Positions 1-11,711 of a DNA stretch of 64,000 bases are shown piece after piece (position 1 is the first letter of the stretch; every line of letters begins with the position of its first letter). Origin of the DNA: Dictyostelium discoideum (lineage: Eukaryota). The notes beneath the pieces are model-generated. The model had not been told where the DNA came from and did not search any database. It worked only from the letters and a program-made list of their open reading frames with translations. Where the stretch lies: positions 1,120,001-1,184,000 of the forward strand of contig CM000152.2 of assembly GCA_000004695.1 (NCBI GenBank), read 5' to 3'. The position numbers and the translations under genes were made by a program.

Positions 1-229
1 TTTTCAGGATAAAAACAAAAAAAATAAATATGGCGGTTGGCCATATTTAAATTTTAAAATTATCATAAACTCATCCCGTTCCGATATATCCTTTTTACAG
101 ATTTTTTTTATAAAAATTATATCTCATTAAAATAATATAAAAAAATAAAATTAAAATTAAAATAAAAATGACACAATAAAATTATAAACAGGATACAAAA
201 AATTGTCTTCCACTTTAATTTTTTTTTTT

Positions 230-345
230 TTTTTTGAATAAATAGCTGGTTTTTTTTTATTTTCTTTTTCTTTTTTTTTTTTTCTTTTTTTTTTTTTTCT
301 TTTTTTCCTTTCTTTCCTTTCTTTTTTTTTTTTTTTTTTTTTTTT
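230..345. repeat. Polypyrimidine (CT-rich, T-run) tract downstream of the RhoGAP gene stop.
   Basis: The sequence tttctttttctttttttttttttcttttttt...cctttctttcctttc reads directly. Confidence 0.8.
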
Positions 346-2813
346 TTAATTCCAGTTAACCTCAGAGATGGTTATGGCTTCGTTTGAAGTTAAATTTCTT
401 TGAATTGGCTCTAAAGTTTCTAATGGCATTCCCACTGGTGCCAATGGTGGTGGTAAATCTAAACTATTTGAAAGTGGTCTTGAATTAGTGGTGGTATTGT
501 TATTACTAATTACTCTTTGAGGTTTTTGAGATGGTAGAGGAACCCCTGTATTACTATTTTGAAGATACATTGAAACTCTATTTGATATTGGTTTTGGTGA
601 ACCTGTAGAAGATCTCAATGGATTTGTTGTTGTAGTTGTTGTTGGAGATGTTGGTGCTGATAGAGAAGATGATAAAATTGTTGGGGTTATATTATTTTGA
701 GATTTTTCAGGTATAGATGGGGATGATGGTGGTGGTGGTGATGGTAAAGAATTTGAAGAGGATGATATTTTCTTTGGTGGGAGAGATGGTGGTAAAACAC
801 TATGTCTAGGATTTATATTTGTATTTACACTTGTATTTGAATTTATATTTGTATTTGAATTTGGTGAAGTTGTTGTAATTATTGGTGATGATGATGATGA
901 TGGTGGTTTAGTTGGTGTAGGTGGTGGAGATGCACTACTAGCAAATGATGATGATGATGATGATGATGATGATTGTGATGATGAGGTGTTTACAGATAAT
1001 GGTGTATTTTTAAACATTACAGATTGTGGTCTAGCTGGTAAGGAAGGGGGTAAAACACTATGTCTAGGGTTTGCTACACCTCCACTACTACCACCACCAC
1101 CACCACCACCACTACTACCACCACTAACACCACAACTATTATTATATAAATTTGAAATTAATTGATTATTAAAAATATTATTAAAATTTGAAATTATAAA
1201 TTCAATTGTTGCATTTGCATTTGTTAAAGATCTAATATCTAAAAGTTTTGGATATAATACATTTGGAGCGACAGTAACGGCTAAATTTGAAGTTGTCATT
1301 TTATTTTGTGAAGATTTTGTAGAGATTTTCCAAAGTAATGAAATTAATGATTTTGCAAGTAAGAAATTTGGTTTTGGTAATTTTTGTAAAACTAAAACTA
1401 TAGCATTTGAAATCTTAATTTTATCACAATCATATTTCTCTTCATTGATTACACAATCCACTAATGAATGGTACAGGTCGAATGTAAACAAAGGTATTGG
1501 CATCTCTCTAAGGAATGCCTTTACAAATGATGATATCAAATGTGCATCATCAATACCATCCAATGTTGTAATATAACCTGCATTAACATTATTCTTTAAA
1601 TCTGTCAATTGTTTTTGGTTTGGTGATACCCTAAAGATACCCTCTTGAGTGATATTCTCCTCTAACAATAGAAACTGTATACTCTTATCAATTATCATTG
1701 GTATATCACTCTTTTCCCTCTCTGTAATAGTCGACAATGCCATACCAAATACTTTAGTATTACCTTTTGGCATTGCAATATAATTATTATGAATATTAAT
1801 TATTGATGATGATGGTGATGGTGATGGTGATGATGATGGTGTTGATGAAGTTGGTTTTGGTGGTGGTGGTGGTGGTAGTGATATAGTTCTTGAGCTATTT
1901 GTTTGTTCAAATTGGACCACTGTTGATCTTAGTTTCTTTTTTTCTAATAATTGTTGTTTATATTTTGACATTGCATGTTTTTGAATTTCGAGATCAGATT
2001 GAACCGATAGACAATGGTCTAGACCTTTTTGAAAGAAATCTTTATAGGATTGAATGGTTGAACTTGCAGATTCGAACGAGTCGAGGTTATGCTTAACTAT
2101 TATATCATCCATAGTTTGTAATGATTCAGAGGCGATATCAGAGAATTGCTGAGTTGCATAATCTAGATCCTCTTCAGCTTCTAAAAGTTTCTCATTATTT
2201 ATATTATTTTGTTTCTTTCTTAATTGTTTAAATTGTTCAGATGCTTCGTCAAATGATAGTCTAGCTTTGTCGAATCTATTCTTTGCCAATTGACCATCCT
2301 TGCAATCTGATTTACCATATTCGTTCAATTGTTGCAACCATTTTTGACTTATCGATTGTTCAAATGTTTGTCTATAATTTTCAATTTCATTAATCATTTC
2401 TCCAACAATTTTAAAAACATTTGATAATGGTTCACATACATTTAATGATGATTCTTCATTATTTATAAATAAATTACTATACAATAAAATTTGTTCTGAT
2501 AACTGTTTATTTTCCTCAATTAATACTTTTTTTTTTTTTTTCAAAATAAAAAAAAAAATGAAAAAATAAAAAAAAAAAATAAGTGTTAATAAATTATCAT
2601 TATTATTATTTTTATTATTATAATATAAATAAAAAAATTACATTGATTTGTTTTTGAATGTTTCGTTAATTTTAAATTTAATGTACGTGTATATCCTTTT
2701 AAATCTTCTAATGATTTTGTTTTATAAATGTAATCTGGAAATTCTGTTAAAGTTTCTTTTTTATTCCCAATTAAATCTTTTACAGAAGAAAAGGTTTGAT
2801 TAAACTTTTTCAT
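346..2813 (-). CDS. BAR/F-BAR-like + RhoGAP domain protein, 2 exons: complement(join(346..2525,2642..2813)), about 783 aa with a Ser/Pro/Thr-rich C-terminus.
   Basis: The 732-aa ORF contains a RhoGAP core with the arginine-finger motif GIFRVSPN followed by LTDLKNNVNAGY. The N-terminal coiled-coil region looks BAR-like. The upstream 75-aa ORF MKKFNQTFSSVKDL... joins through a GTAATT donor at 2641 and an AG acceptor at 2526-2527, keeping the frame as ...KTNQ/L/LIEENKQ. The track start inside the poly-A is a TTG artefact. Confidence 0.75.
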
Positions 2814-2831
2814 TCTTTTTATTTTAATTTG

Positions 2832-2868
<37 letters not shown>

Positions 2869-2888
2869 AATACAAATAATTTTTTTCA

Positions 2889-2921
<33 letters not shown>

Positions 2922-3518
2922 AACGGATTTTTTTATCCAAAAAAAAAAAAATTAAAATTAAATTAATTTATTTTTATTAATCAAAATAGATTCCGATCTG
3001 GGTGGAAAAAAAAAAAAAAATAAAAAATAAAAAAAAAATCTTAAAAAGTTTATTTTTTTATTTTTTTTATCAAAAATTATTTTATATTCAAAGTTAATAA
3101 TGGACCCACCAAGTACCTACTAAAGTGTAATTATAATATTAAAAGAAAGAAGAATTTGAATATGGTTTTAATTTCTGAATTCAATTAAATGAAGCTTTTC
3201 ATATTAAACCTAATTAATTTAAAAAAATAAATAAATAAATAAATTTCGATCAATGTATAACAAAATATAAATGATTAAAAAAAAATAAATTAATATAAAT
3301 TCATTAAAAATAAATATCTAAACCAAAAAAATCTTCAAACCAATCAAAAAAAAAAAAAAAATTAAAATATCTTTGGTTAATTAAGGAATTTGTTATATAT
3401 TGATTGAAATTTATTGATTACTTTTATTTTTTAAATTTTTTTTTTGAGATTTTAAGCTCTATTTTATGAAAAAAAAAAAAAAAAAAAAATGATGAAAAAA
3501 TTTTGGAAAAAAAGATTA

Positions 3519-6500
3519 TTAAATAATTGTATTAGGATGAACTAAAACACATTTAGTATCAATTGGGAATTTATCTTTGTTAACTCTAATTTGAACTTTC
3601 ATTGTTGTTAATTGAGAAATCTTTTGAATTACGACACCATTTGGGTTATTATTATTATTATTATCCACCAATGATGGCCAATTAATAATATTAATACCAT
3701 TGGTTGCATCATAAGAGTGAGATAAGATTGTACCTTCTTTTTGTAAATCATCAAGATAAACCTTTTGTTCACTACCAAATTGAGGTACAATACAAACGAT
3801 ATAGGAAGCACCTGTATTGAGAGCAACTGCTTCAGTGGTAGTTGGATGATTCTCTAATAAAACACAAAGGAATACTTTATCACTTCTTTCTTGAGCTTTA
3901 CGAGCATTCAATTTCTTTTCATTACAATTTTTACAAATTGCAGTGATTGATTCTGATGATGGTAATTGTTCTGTATGATTTCTATTGTTCTTTTCAACTT
4001 GAATTGATAGATCCAATAGACGATGAACTATTATATCAGCATAACGACGAATTGGTGAAGTGAAATGAGTATAGAAAGGTGCATTCAAAGCATAATGACG
4101 CCAATCTTCTTCTTCTTCATTATTTGAACAGAAATATTCAGCCAATTTCATTGATCTAATTGAGAGTAATTGAATTGCCATAAGTATGTTGATATCGGTA
4201 CAAGTATCTTTTAACTTTTTAATGGATTCACCAAAGGTTAACGAAGAGGATGAATCAATTTCAAATCCATGTTTTGAACAGAAACTAATGAATGATTCCA
4301 ACTTGTTTTCATTTGGTGATGGATGTCTACGAAGTAAAGAATTGGATGGGAAGAATTTACCAATACGTTCGGCAACTCTCATATTTGCCAATAACATATA
4401 CTCTTCTACTAAATTATTACTTTCATAGATTGGATAGATTTTAGTTGAAACTGGATTACCTTTATCATCCAATGCAAATGCTAACTTACTTGGATGAATT
4501 GTAAAGGCACCATTGGCAATTCTATTGGATCTCATATGTTTTGCAATGGATCTTAAACCTAGTACACCCTTTTTTACACGTGCAATATGTTGAGCAGTAT
4601 TTGGACCTAAATCCTTTCTCATCTTATCTGCAGGTATCCAATCTTCCCAAGCGTTGGTAATCTTGTCATCGATCAATGCTTGAGCGATAGCATAGGTTAA
4701 ACGAGAGAATGATTTTATAACTGAACGACCAAACCATTCATCCAATATTTCACCGGTTGGTGATAACTTCCAAATGACAGAGAATGCCAAACGTTCAACA
4801 CCCATATTAAGAGAGCACAATTCTTCCGATAACAATGATGGCAACATTGGTATTGCTTTTTGAACCAAATAAACGGTGGTGGCTTTACGTTGAGCACATT
4901 TATCCAATGCGGTATCAGGTTTTACAAAATGTGAAACGTCAGCAATATGAACACCAACTTCGAAATTACCATCTTCCAATTCTATACAATGTAATGCATC
5001 ATCCAAATCTTTGGCAGTATCAGGATCAATGGTACAGATTTCTAAATTTCTTAAATCTCTTCTACCCTTTAGATCTTGTTCACTTGGTAACCAAAGTTTT
5101 GATTGATCAATCTTTGGTAAACATTCCATGACTTCCTTTGAAAATGGATCGGTTTCAACACCAAATTCACTTAACAATGCATAGGTTTCCGGTTCAATTT
5201 TACCACATTCACCAAACAATGATTTATAATGACCTATTGGCAATAGCGATGTTTCTTTCCAACCTGAATATCCAACTGATACCAATGATTTCTTATATTT
5301 CTCTGGATTGGATTTATATTGTGGTATTGATTCTTTAAAAATACAACATTTTGGTAATGTTGTATCCATTGGTATAAAGTTTGTAAATATTGAATTTACA
5401 TTTTCATCAACCATAATACCAACATGATTCTTATTATGTTTTTCTTCAACAATATAAACAACTCTAACTGATACATATTGTTTATTTTCAAATGCTTTTA
5501 AAGTTAATTTTTCAATTTTTTCTAATTTTTGAATTAAATTTGAATGGTCATTATTATTATTGTTGTTGTTGTTCTTTTTTGATGGTTTAACAGATGATAC
5601 TTTTGGACTATTTTCAATCTTTACAAATCCTTCATCACTATCATCCTCTTCATCATCAGTGATAGTTGTAGTAGATGTAGTGGTAGTAGTAGTTGTTGTT
5701 TTAATATTATTATAATCATTTTCTTCAGAATCAATTTCAATTTCTTTACTTTCAGACATTTGTTCTTTTAATAATTTATTTTCAATTTCCATTTTCTTTG
5801 ATAAATCTAGACTATCTAATAAAACAACAGTACCTTCATCACCTTCATTAACAGATGTTGATACATCCTTTAATATTGCACCAATTGTAACTTCATCATC
5901 TTCATCCTCTTCATTTACAATCTCTTCACCACCAATGGATGTGGTATCGTTGTTGTTATTATTATTATTATTGGTTGCTTCAGTAGTTTCATCTTCATCT
6001 TCATCTTTTTTTGGTCTCTTTTTCCACTCCTTTTCATCAAGTATTTCAAATGCAACAACATCATTATTGAATGATCTATTTCTATATTTTAAGCCATCAC
6101 AAAATACATCATGACTACATCCTTCAACGGTGATATAGGCATCATGATATTTCTTTGGATTCACTCTAAGTGTACCAAAGAAATATTTACCTTCGGCTAA
6201 ACCTTTTTCTAAATCTTCTTTTTCAACATATTGTTTATAGAATAATCTTGTTCTTTTCTTCCTTTTACCTTCATTATTATTTTTATTACCACCATCTTCT
6301 TTATCTGATTTTGATGATTTTCTCTTATCTTTCTTTTCAGCGTTATTATTATTATTATTAGCCTTTTCTTTTTTATCACCTCTTTTCTTTTTATCACCTT
6401 TTTCATTTTTATCAACTTTTTCATTTTTATCAACTTTATCTTTTTTATCAGATTTTACCTTTTTATCAACTTTGATTTTTTTATCAACTTGGTTTTCTTT

Positions 6501-7431
6501 ATTGGTTTCATTAGAGTTGGTTGATGGTGTGGTGGCAGGTTTTGATTTTGATTTTGATTTTGATTTCTTATTTGTTGGTGCAGATGTGGATGTTGCAGTT
6601 GGTGTGGTTGTGGTTGTAGTTGTTGTGGTTGTTGTGGTGGTTGCAGTTGGTGTTGAACTATTTTGTGATTCAGTTTGAGGAGTATCTGTGATTGGTGTTG
6701 TAACAGTGGTGGATGATTTGGATTTTCTGTTATTTTTTGGTTTTTTTGCTTCTGTGGAGTTAGCAGTAGTGGCTGTGTTTGTGGTAGAATTGTCGTTTGT
6801 GCTATTTACATTATCAGTTGGAGGGGTTGGTTTTGAAGGTTTTGATTTCTTTTTTTTGGTTCTTGCTGATTTCACATCTGATGTGGTAGCAGTGGTAGTT
6901 GGTTCTAAATTTGGGTCTGATGATGTTGGTGTGACATCTTTATCATCCGTATTTTTATTATTTAAACTTAAATTTGAAAATTCTGATAATAATGATGATG
7001 ATGGCGATGCATCTGGTACTTTTGGTTTCTTTTCTTTTTTAACTCTATCTTTCTTTGGTTTTGGTGCTGGTTTTAGTGATTGTTGTGTTGGTGTATCTGA
7101 TGAAGAATCAGTGGCGGTAGTGGCGGTTGCTGTTGTTGAGGTGGTGGTAGTGGTGGTGGTAGTTGCAGCTGATGTATTTATAGTAGCATCTGTTGTTGTT
7201 GCTGTCTTTTTTGGTACCCACTGTACAACTGGTGTAACCTCATATTCTACATCTTTATATAATATTTTTTTAGTTTTTGTAGATAAATCAGTTGACTTTT
7301 TCTTTTTAGGAACAGTTGGATTATCAGTGTGAGGTGTTGTTGTTGTGGTTGTTGTTGTTGTTTGATTATTATTATTATTATTATTATTATCTGTCATTTT
7401 AACTTTTGGCTTTTTGGCTTTTTTTGGTTTA

Positions 7432-7511
<80 letters not shown>

Positions 7512-7550
7512 GTCGCCAGTATTTAAAACAATTTCAGTGGAGTCTTCCAT
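3519..7550 (-). CDS. dis3l2: DIS3L2-like 3'-5' exoribonuclease of the RNase II/R (RNB) family with no PIN domain; a roughly 650-aa low-complexity N/T/K-rich N-terminal extension, two cold-shock-like domains, and RNB and S1 regions.
   Basis: Single 1343-aa ORF. The RNB catalytic block reads DLRNLEICTIDPDTAKDLDDALHCIELEDGNFEVGVHIADVSHFV and the C-terminal motif is FTSPIRRYADIIVHRLL. The CSD-like segment LRVNPKKYHDAYITVEG matches the DIS3L2 family, and the PIN/CR3 domain of DIS3 is absent. Confidence 0.85.
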
Positions 7551-8109
7551 TTTTTTTTTTTTTTTAGTTTTTAGAGAAAAAAAAAAGAAATCCCAACTAT
7601 TTCTTAATAATTAGAATGAAAAATATATATTGGTAAAAAAATAGGAAATATAGGTTGAAAAATATAAAAAATAAATTAAAAAAAAAAATAAAAAAAGATT
7701 ACAAAATTAAAAAAATAAATTACAAAAAAAATAAAATAAAAAAAAAAATAAAAATGAAAATTTAAAAAATAAAATACAAAAAAAATAAATTAAAAAAAAA
7801 AAAAAAAATAAAATTTTCTTGGTCGTATTTTAATATTTTTTTAATAATTATTATTATTTTTTTTTATTGTAATGGATATACATGGCAAAAAAATGATTTT
7901 AACCATATTTATACATTCAACCAAATATTAAACTGAAAATCTAATAATCATTTTAATAAAAAAAAATAAAAAAAAATAAATTTAATTTTTTTATTTTTTT
8001 TTTTTTTTCGCTCTGAGATCACCCCTTTTTTTTTTTTATTTTTTTTATTTTTTTTATTTTTGGGGTACTAAGACATATGCGACTTGGAATTTAATTCTCA
8101 AAAAAAAAC

Positions 8110-10593
8110 ATGAAAATAAAAGAAATTAATGACGAAATAGATAATCAATATAATAATATTTTAAAAGAAGTTGAAACTATAACTACAACAACAGCAACAG
8201 CAACAGCAATAACAGAAGAAGATGATTATACAAAATATATATACTCAAATATATTCAAACATTTAAATAAAGGTGAAATGGATCAATGTATAGAGTTAAT
8301 TGAAAAAGATCATTCATTAGTATTTTCAACTGAAGATCATTATGGAATGACAATACTTCATTTAGCATCACAAAAAAAGATGAGAAGATTAGTTAAAAGA
8401 ATTTTAGACATTGTTTCAGATGATGACTTACTCTCAACAAGATTTAATATTGATACAGTTGATTTAAATAATAATACAGCATTACATTATGCATGTACTT
8501 CATCAATTAATGATATTACAACATTAACTCAACAACAACAACAACAACAGCAACAACAACAATCTGTTAATCAAATTACAAATAATAATAGTAGTGATAT
8601 TAATAGTTTTATGTATTTAAAAGAAAAGAAATCAAATAGATTTTCAATTGTAAAATTATTATTGGAAAGAGGTGCATCATCATCGATTTCAAATAAAATG
8701 AATTTGTTACCAATTCATTTAGCATGTAAAGAAGTTGATTTTAAAATTGTTGAATTATTAATAGAGAATCATAATGACTATTCAGTGAATATGATGGAAC
8801 CACAAGCTAAAGTATTAGATTCAATTAATTTTTCATTATTATTTCAATCACTTCAAACTAGTTCTGATAAATTCTTAACAAATCATGAAAAAGAAAGAAA
8901 TGAAAAGAAAAAAGAAATAATCCTAAGTAAAATCGATCCAAATTTAAAATGTATTAAAAATGGTCCAAATTGTTTACATTATTCATTATCAAATTTAAAA
9001 AGAATTAAAGAAGTTACATTATCATTATTTTTATCTTTTACCAATAATTCTTCATCTTCACCACCACCACCACCAACCTCCTCCTCTTCTTCTTCTTCTT
9101 CTTCTTCTGATTCAACATCACCACAAATTAGTCAAGATTTATCAATGTTAGAAAGAAATCATCCATTAATTAAATTGATTAAATTATTATTACAAAAATC
9201 ATGTAAACCGAATCATATTGATGAAACTACAGGCAAATCACCATTTCATCAATTAATTGATATTTTCCCAACTGAAGAGAATGATTTAATTGAATTTTTT
9301 AAAATTGATGATCAACAAGTTCAACAAATTTTACAACAACAACCCCAACAACAACCACAACAACAAAGACAAAATAATAATAATAATAGTAATTTTATAA
9401 TTGAAAATCATCATAAAGAAGAATTTAAAAATATGATTTCGAATTTAATTTATTCAATTACAAGATTATTTCAACAATATAAATATGATTTCACATTATC
9501 AAGTAGAAAATCAATAATGGAAAGTGATAAAGATATTGAAGAAACTCCATTAGGTCAATGTTGTATTTATCCAACTAAAAAATTTATATTAGAACAAATT
9601 TTAAATTTTTTTAAAAATCATAATAATAATAATAATAATAATAATGAAAAAATTATAAATTCAATTAATTCACATGGTCAACCAGCATTATTTATAGCAT
9701 GTTCATATGGTAATGTTGAATGTGTCGATTTATTATTAGAGAATGGTGCAGATCCAAATATTAAAGATAAATATGGTTCAACTATGCTTCATGAATCATT
9801 AAATTTTAAACATTATGAAATCGTAAAGAAATTAGTATTATGTGGTGCAAATGTTAATGAGAAAATGTCAGTATTCCCTCAATCAACACCATTACATATT
9901 GCAGCTTCTCAATTATCATTTGAAATGTGTCATTTCTTTGTTGAACATGGTGCATTATTAAATGTTTTTGATTCTGAAAAACAAACTCCAAAAGATATAA
10001 TATTACAACTACAACAACAACAATTATTAAATGATAAAGAAGATGAAAATTATCAAGAATTAAAAGATTTCTTTGAATTTCATATTCAAATTAATTTAAT
10101 TGAAATTTCAAGTTTTGTAGTTTTTAAAGGTGATTATAAGAAAAAGATTAGAGAATTTATTCATTCAAAAGAGAGAAATTCAAAGATTGTTGATAAATAT
10201 ATGAATCAAATTTTTAATGGTGGTGGTGCTGATGATGAAGAGAAACTTGATCAATTGGTTTCAAATAGTGATCAAATTAATATACCTTTAAAAGAAATTA
10301 AATCTTCAACTAAAAGAATTAAAATTAAATCTTCAAACGATACTTTATTTAAATATGTTAATTTATATAATCAAACTTTTAATCATCTATTACATATAAT
10401 TCAAAATAGATTTAAACCTTCTACAACAACTACAACCACAACCACTTCCTCAAATGAAATTACAATTGAACAATTTGAAAAGAATTTTATTAAATCAATT
10501 ACATTATTACCAAATGTTTCTTTAAATTCAAAAGATGATCAAAATTTAGATTTTTTAAGAGACGACGATGAAATTGTTGTGGAATTTTATTAA
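8110..10593 (+). CDS. Ankyrin-repeat protein, 827 aa.
   Basis: Several ankyrin-repeat signatures are present: GMTILHLASQ, NNTALHYAC, LPIHLACKEVDFKIVELLIENH, GQPALFIACSYGNVECVDLLLENGADPNIKDKYGSTMLHESL and STPLHIAASQLSFEMCHFFVEHGALLN. It also has poly-Q and poly-N tracts. Confidence 0.85.
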   Translation: MKIKEINDEIDNQYNNILKEVETITTTTATATAITEEDDYTKYIYSNIFKHLNKGEMDQCIELIEKDHSLVFSTEDHYGMTILHLASQKKMRRLVKRILDIVSDDDLLSTRFNIDTVDLNNNTALHYACTSSINDITTLTQQQQQQQQQQQSVNQITNNNSSDINSFMYLKEKKSNRFSIVKLLLERGASSSISNKMNLLPIHLACKEVDFKIVELLIENHNDYSVNMMEPQAKVLDSINFSLLFQSLQTSSDKFLTNHEKERNEKKKEIILSKIDPNLKCIKNGPNCLHYSLSNLKRIKEVTLSLFLSFTNNSSSSPPPPPTSSSSSSSSSSDSTSPQISQDLSMLERNHPLIKLIKLLLQKSCKPNHIDETTGKSPFHQLIDIFPTEENDLIEFFKIDDQQVQQILQQQPQQQPQQQRQNNNNNSNFIIENHHKEEFKNMISNLIYSITRLFQQYKYDFTLSSRKSIMESDKDIEETPLGQCCIYPTKKFILEQILNFFKNHNNNNNNNNEKIINSINSHGQPALFIACSYGNVECVDLLLENGADPNIKDKYGSTMLHESLNFKHYEIVKKLVLCGANVNEKMSVFPQSTPLHIAASQLSFEMCHFFVEHGALLNVFDSEKQTPKDIILQLQQQQLLNDKEDENYQELKDFFEFHIQINLIEISSFVVFKGDYKKKIREFIHSKERNSKIVDKYMNQIFNGGGADDEEKLDQLVSNSDQINIPLKEIKSSTKRIKIKSSNDTLFKYVNLYNQTFNHLLHIIQNRFKPSTTTTTTTTSSNEITIEQFEKNFIKSITLLPNVSLNSKDDQNLDFLRDDDEIVVEFY

Positions 10594-10753
10594 AATTTAA
10601 TAAAATAAAATAATAGTAATTATAATAATAAAAAAAAAAAAAAAAAACTTATAATTTGTATTTATTTATTTATTTTTTTTTTTTTTTGTCAAAATTTAAA
10701 AATAATCTAAAAATAAAATTTATTTTTAGATTTTTTTAATTCTTAACTAAAAA

Positions 10754-10789
<36 letters not shown>

Positions 10790-11151
10790 ATAATAAGAAC
10801 TAAAATTAATTTTATATTATTTTATTTTTATTTTTATTTTTTTTTTTTAAATTATTTCTAAAATTCAAAAAACAATTCCCATTATTTTCTCAATAATTTT
10901 CTTTCTTTTTTAACATTTCCAATTTTAAATTTTTATATAAAAAATGTTTTTAATATATTTTTTTTTTTTTTCATAATAATTGTTTATTAAAAAAAACATT
11001 AAAAATTAAGAAAATAAAAAAAAAAACCTCAATTTAGATATCCCCAGACCAGATTTAACAAAAACACATTCAAAAAATTAATTTTTTTTTTAAAATCAAA
11101 ATAAAAAAAAAAAAAAATTAAAAAAAATTAAAAAAAAATAAAATAAAATTT

Positions 11152-11501
11152 ATGCATGAAAATGGACTCCTAAATAATAATATCAACAATAATTTTTTTT
11201 TTCCAACACACTTCACAAACGCAAAAAAAGATTATAATCCCCTCAAATTTTACGAAAACATTCAAAGTAATATTAATGAGGAGAATATAGCTTTTGATAC
11301 ATATACTACAAAAATGGATCAATTAGCTCACTTAAAAATTTCATCATCTGGTGGTGGAGATGATGAAATAAATAAAAACAACAATAATAAACAAAAACCA
11401 ACCACCACCACCACCACAACTACAACAACTACTACCACTTCATCAACACCAAAAACAACACCATCCAGAGATAATAATAGAAATAATAATAGAAATAATA
11501 G

Positions 11502-11542
<41 letters not shown>

Positions 11543-11639
11543 CTAATAATAGAAACAACAACAACAACAACAACAACAACACTAATAATAATAATAATAA
11601 TAACAATAATAATAATAATAATAAATTTAATAATAATAG

Positions 11640-11711
<72 letters not shown>

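Noticed and set aside
26-48. Short inverted repeat aaatatggc-ggttg-gccatattt.
   Set aside because: It has only 9-bp arms near the window edge, with no partner repeat or flanking TSD-like structure. It is probably a chance hairpin in the 3' flank.
1890-2096. 68-aa plus-strand ORF inside the RhoGAP gene.
   Set aside because: It is antisense to conserved RhoGAP coding sequence and has hydrophobic junk composition.
6472-7614. Plus-strand ORFs at 6472..6678, 6688..7332, 7329..7526 and 7414..7614, rich in V/F/L/I/C.
   Set aside because: They are antisense to the low-complexity N-terminal coding region of the DIS3L2-like gene. Reverse complements of AAT/ACA/AAG-rich codons give poly-I/V/L/F, so they are not independent genes.
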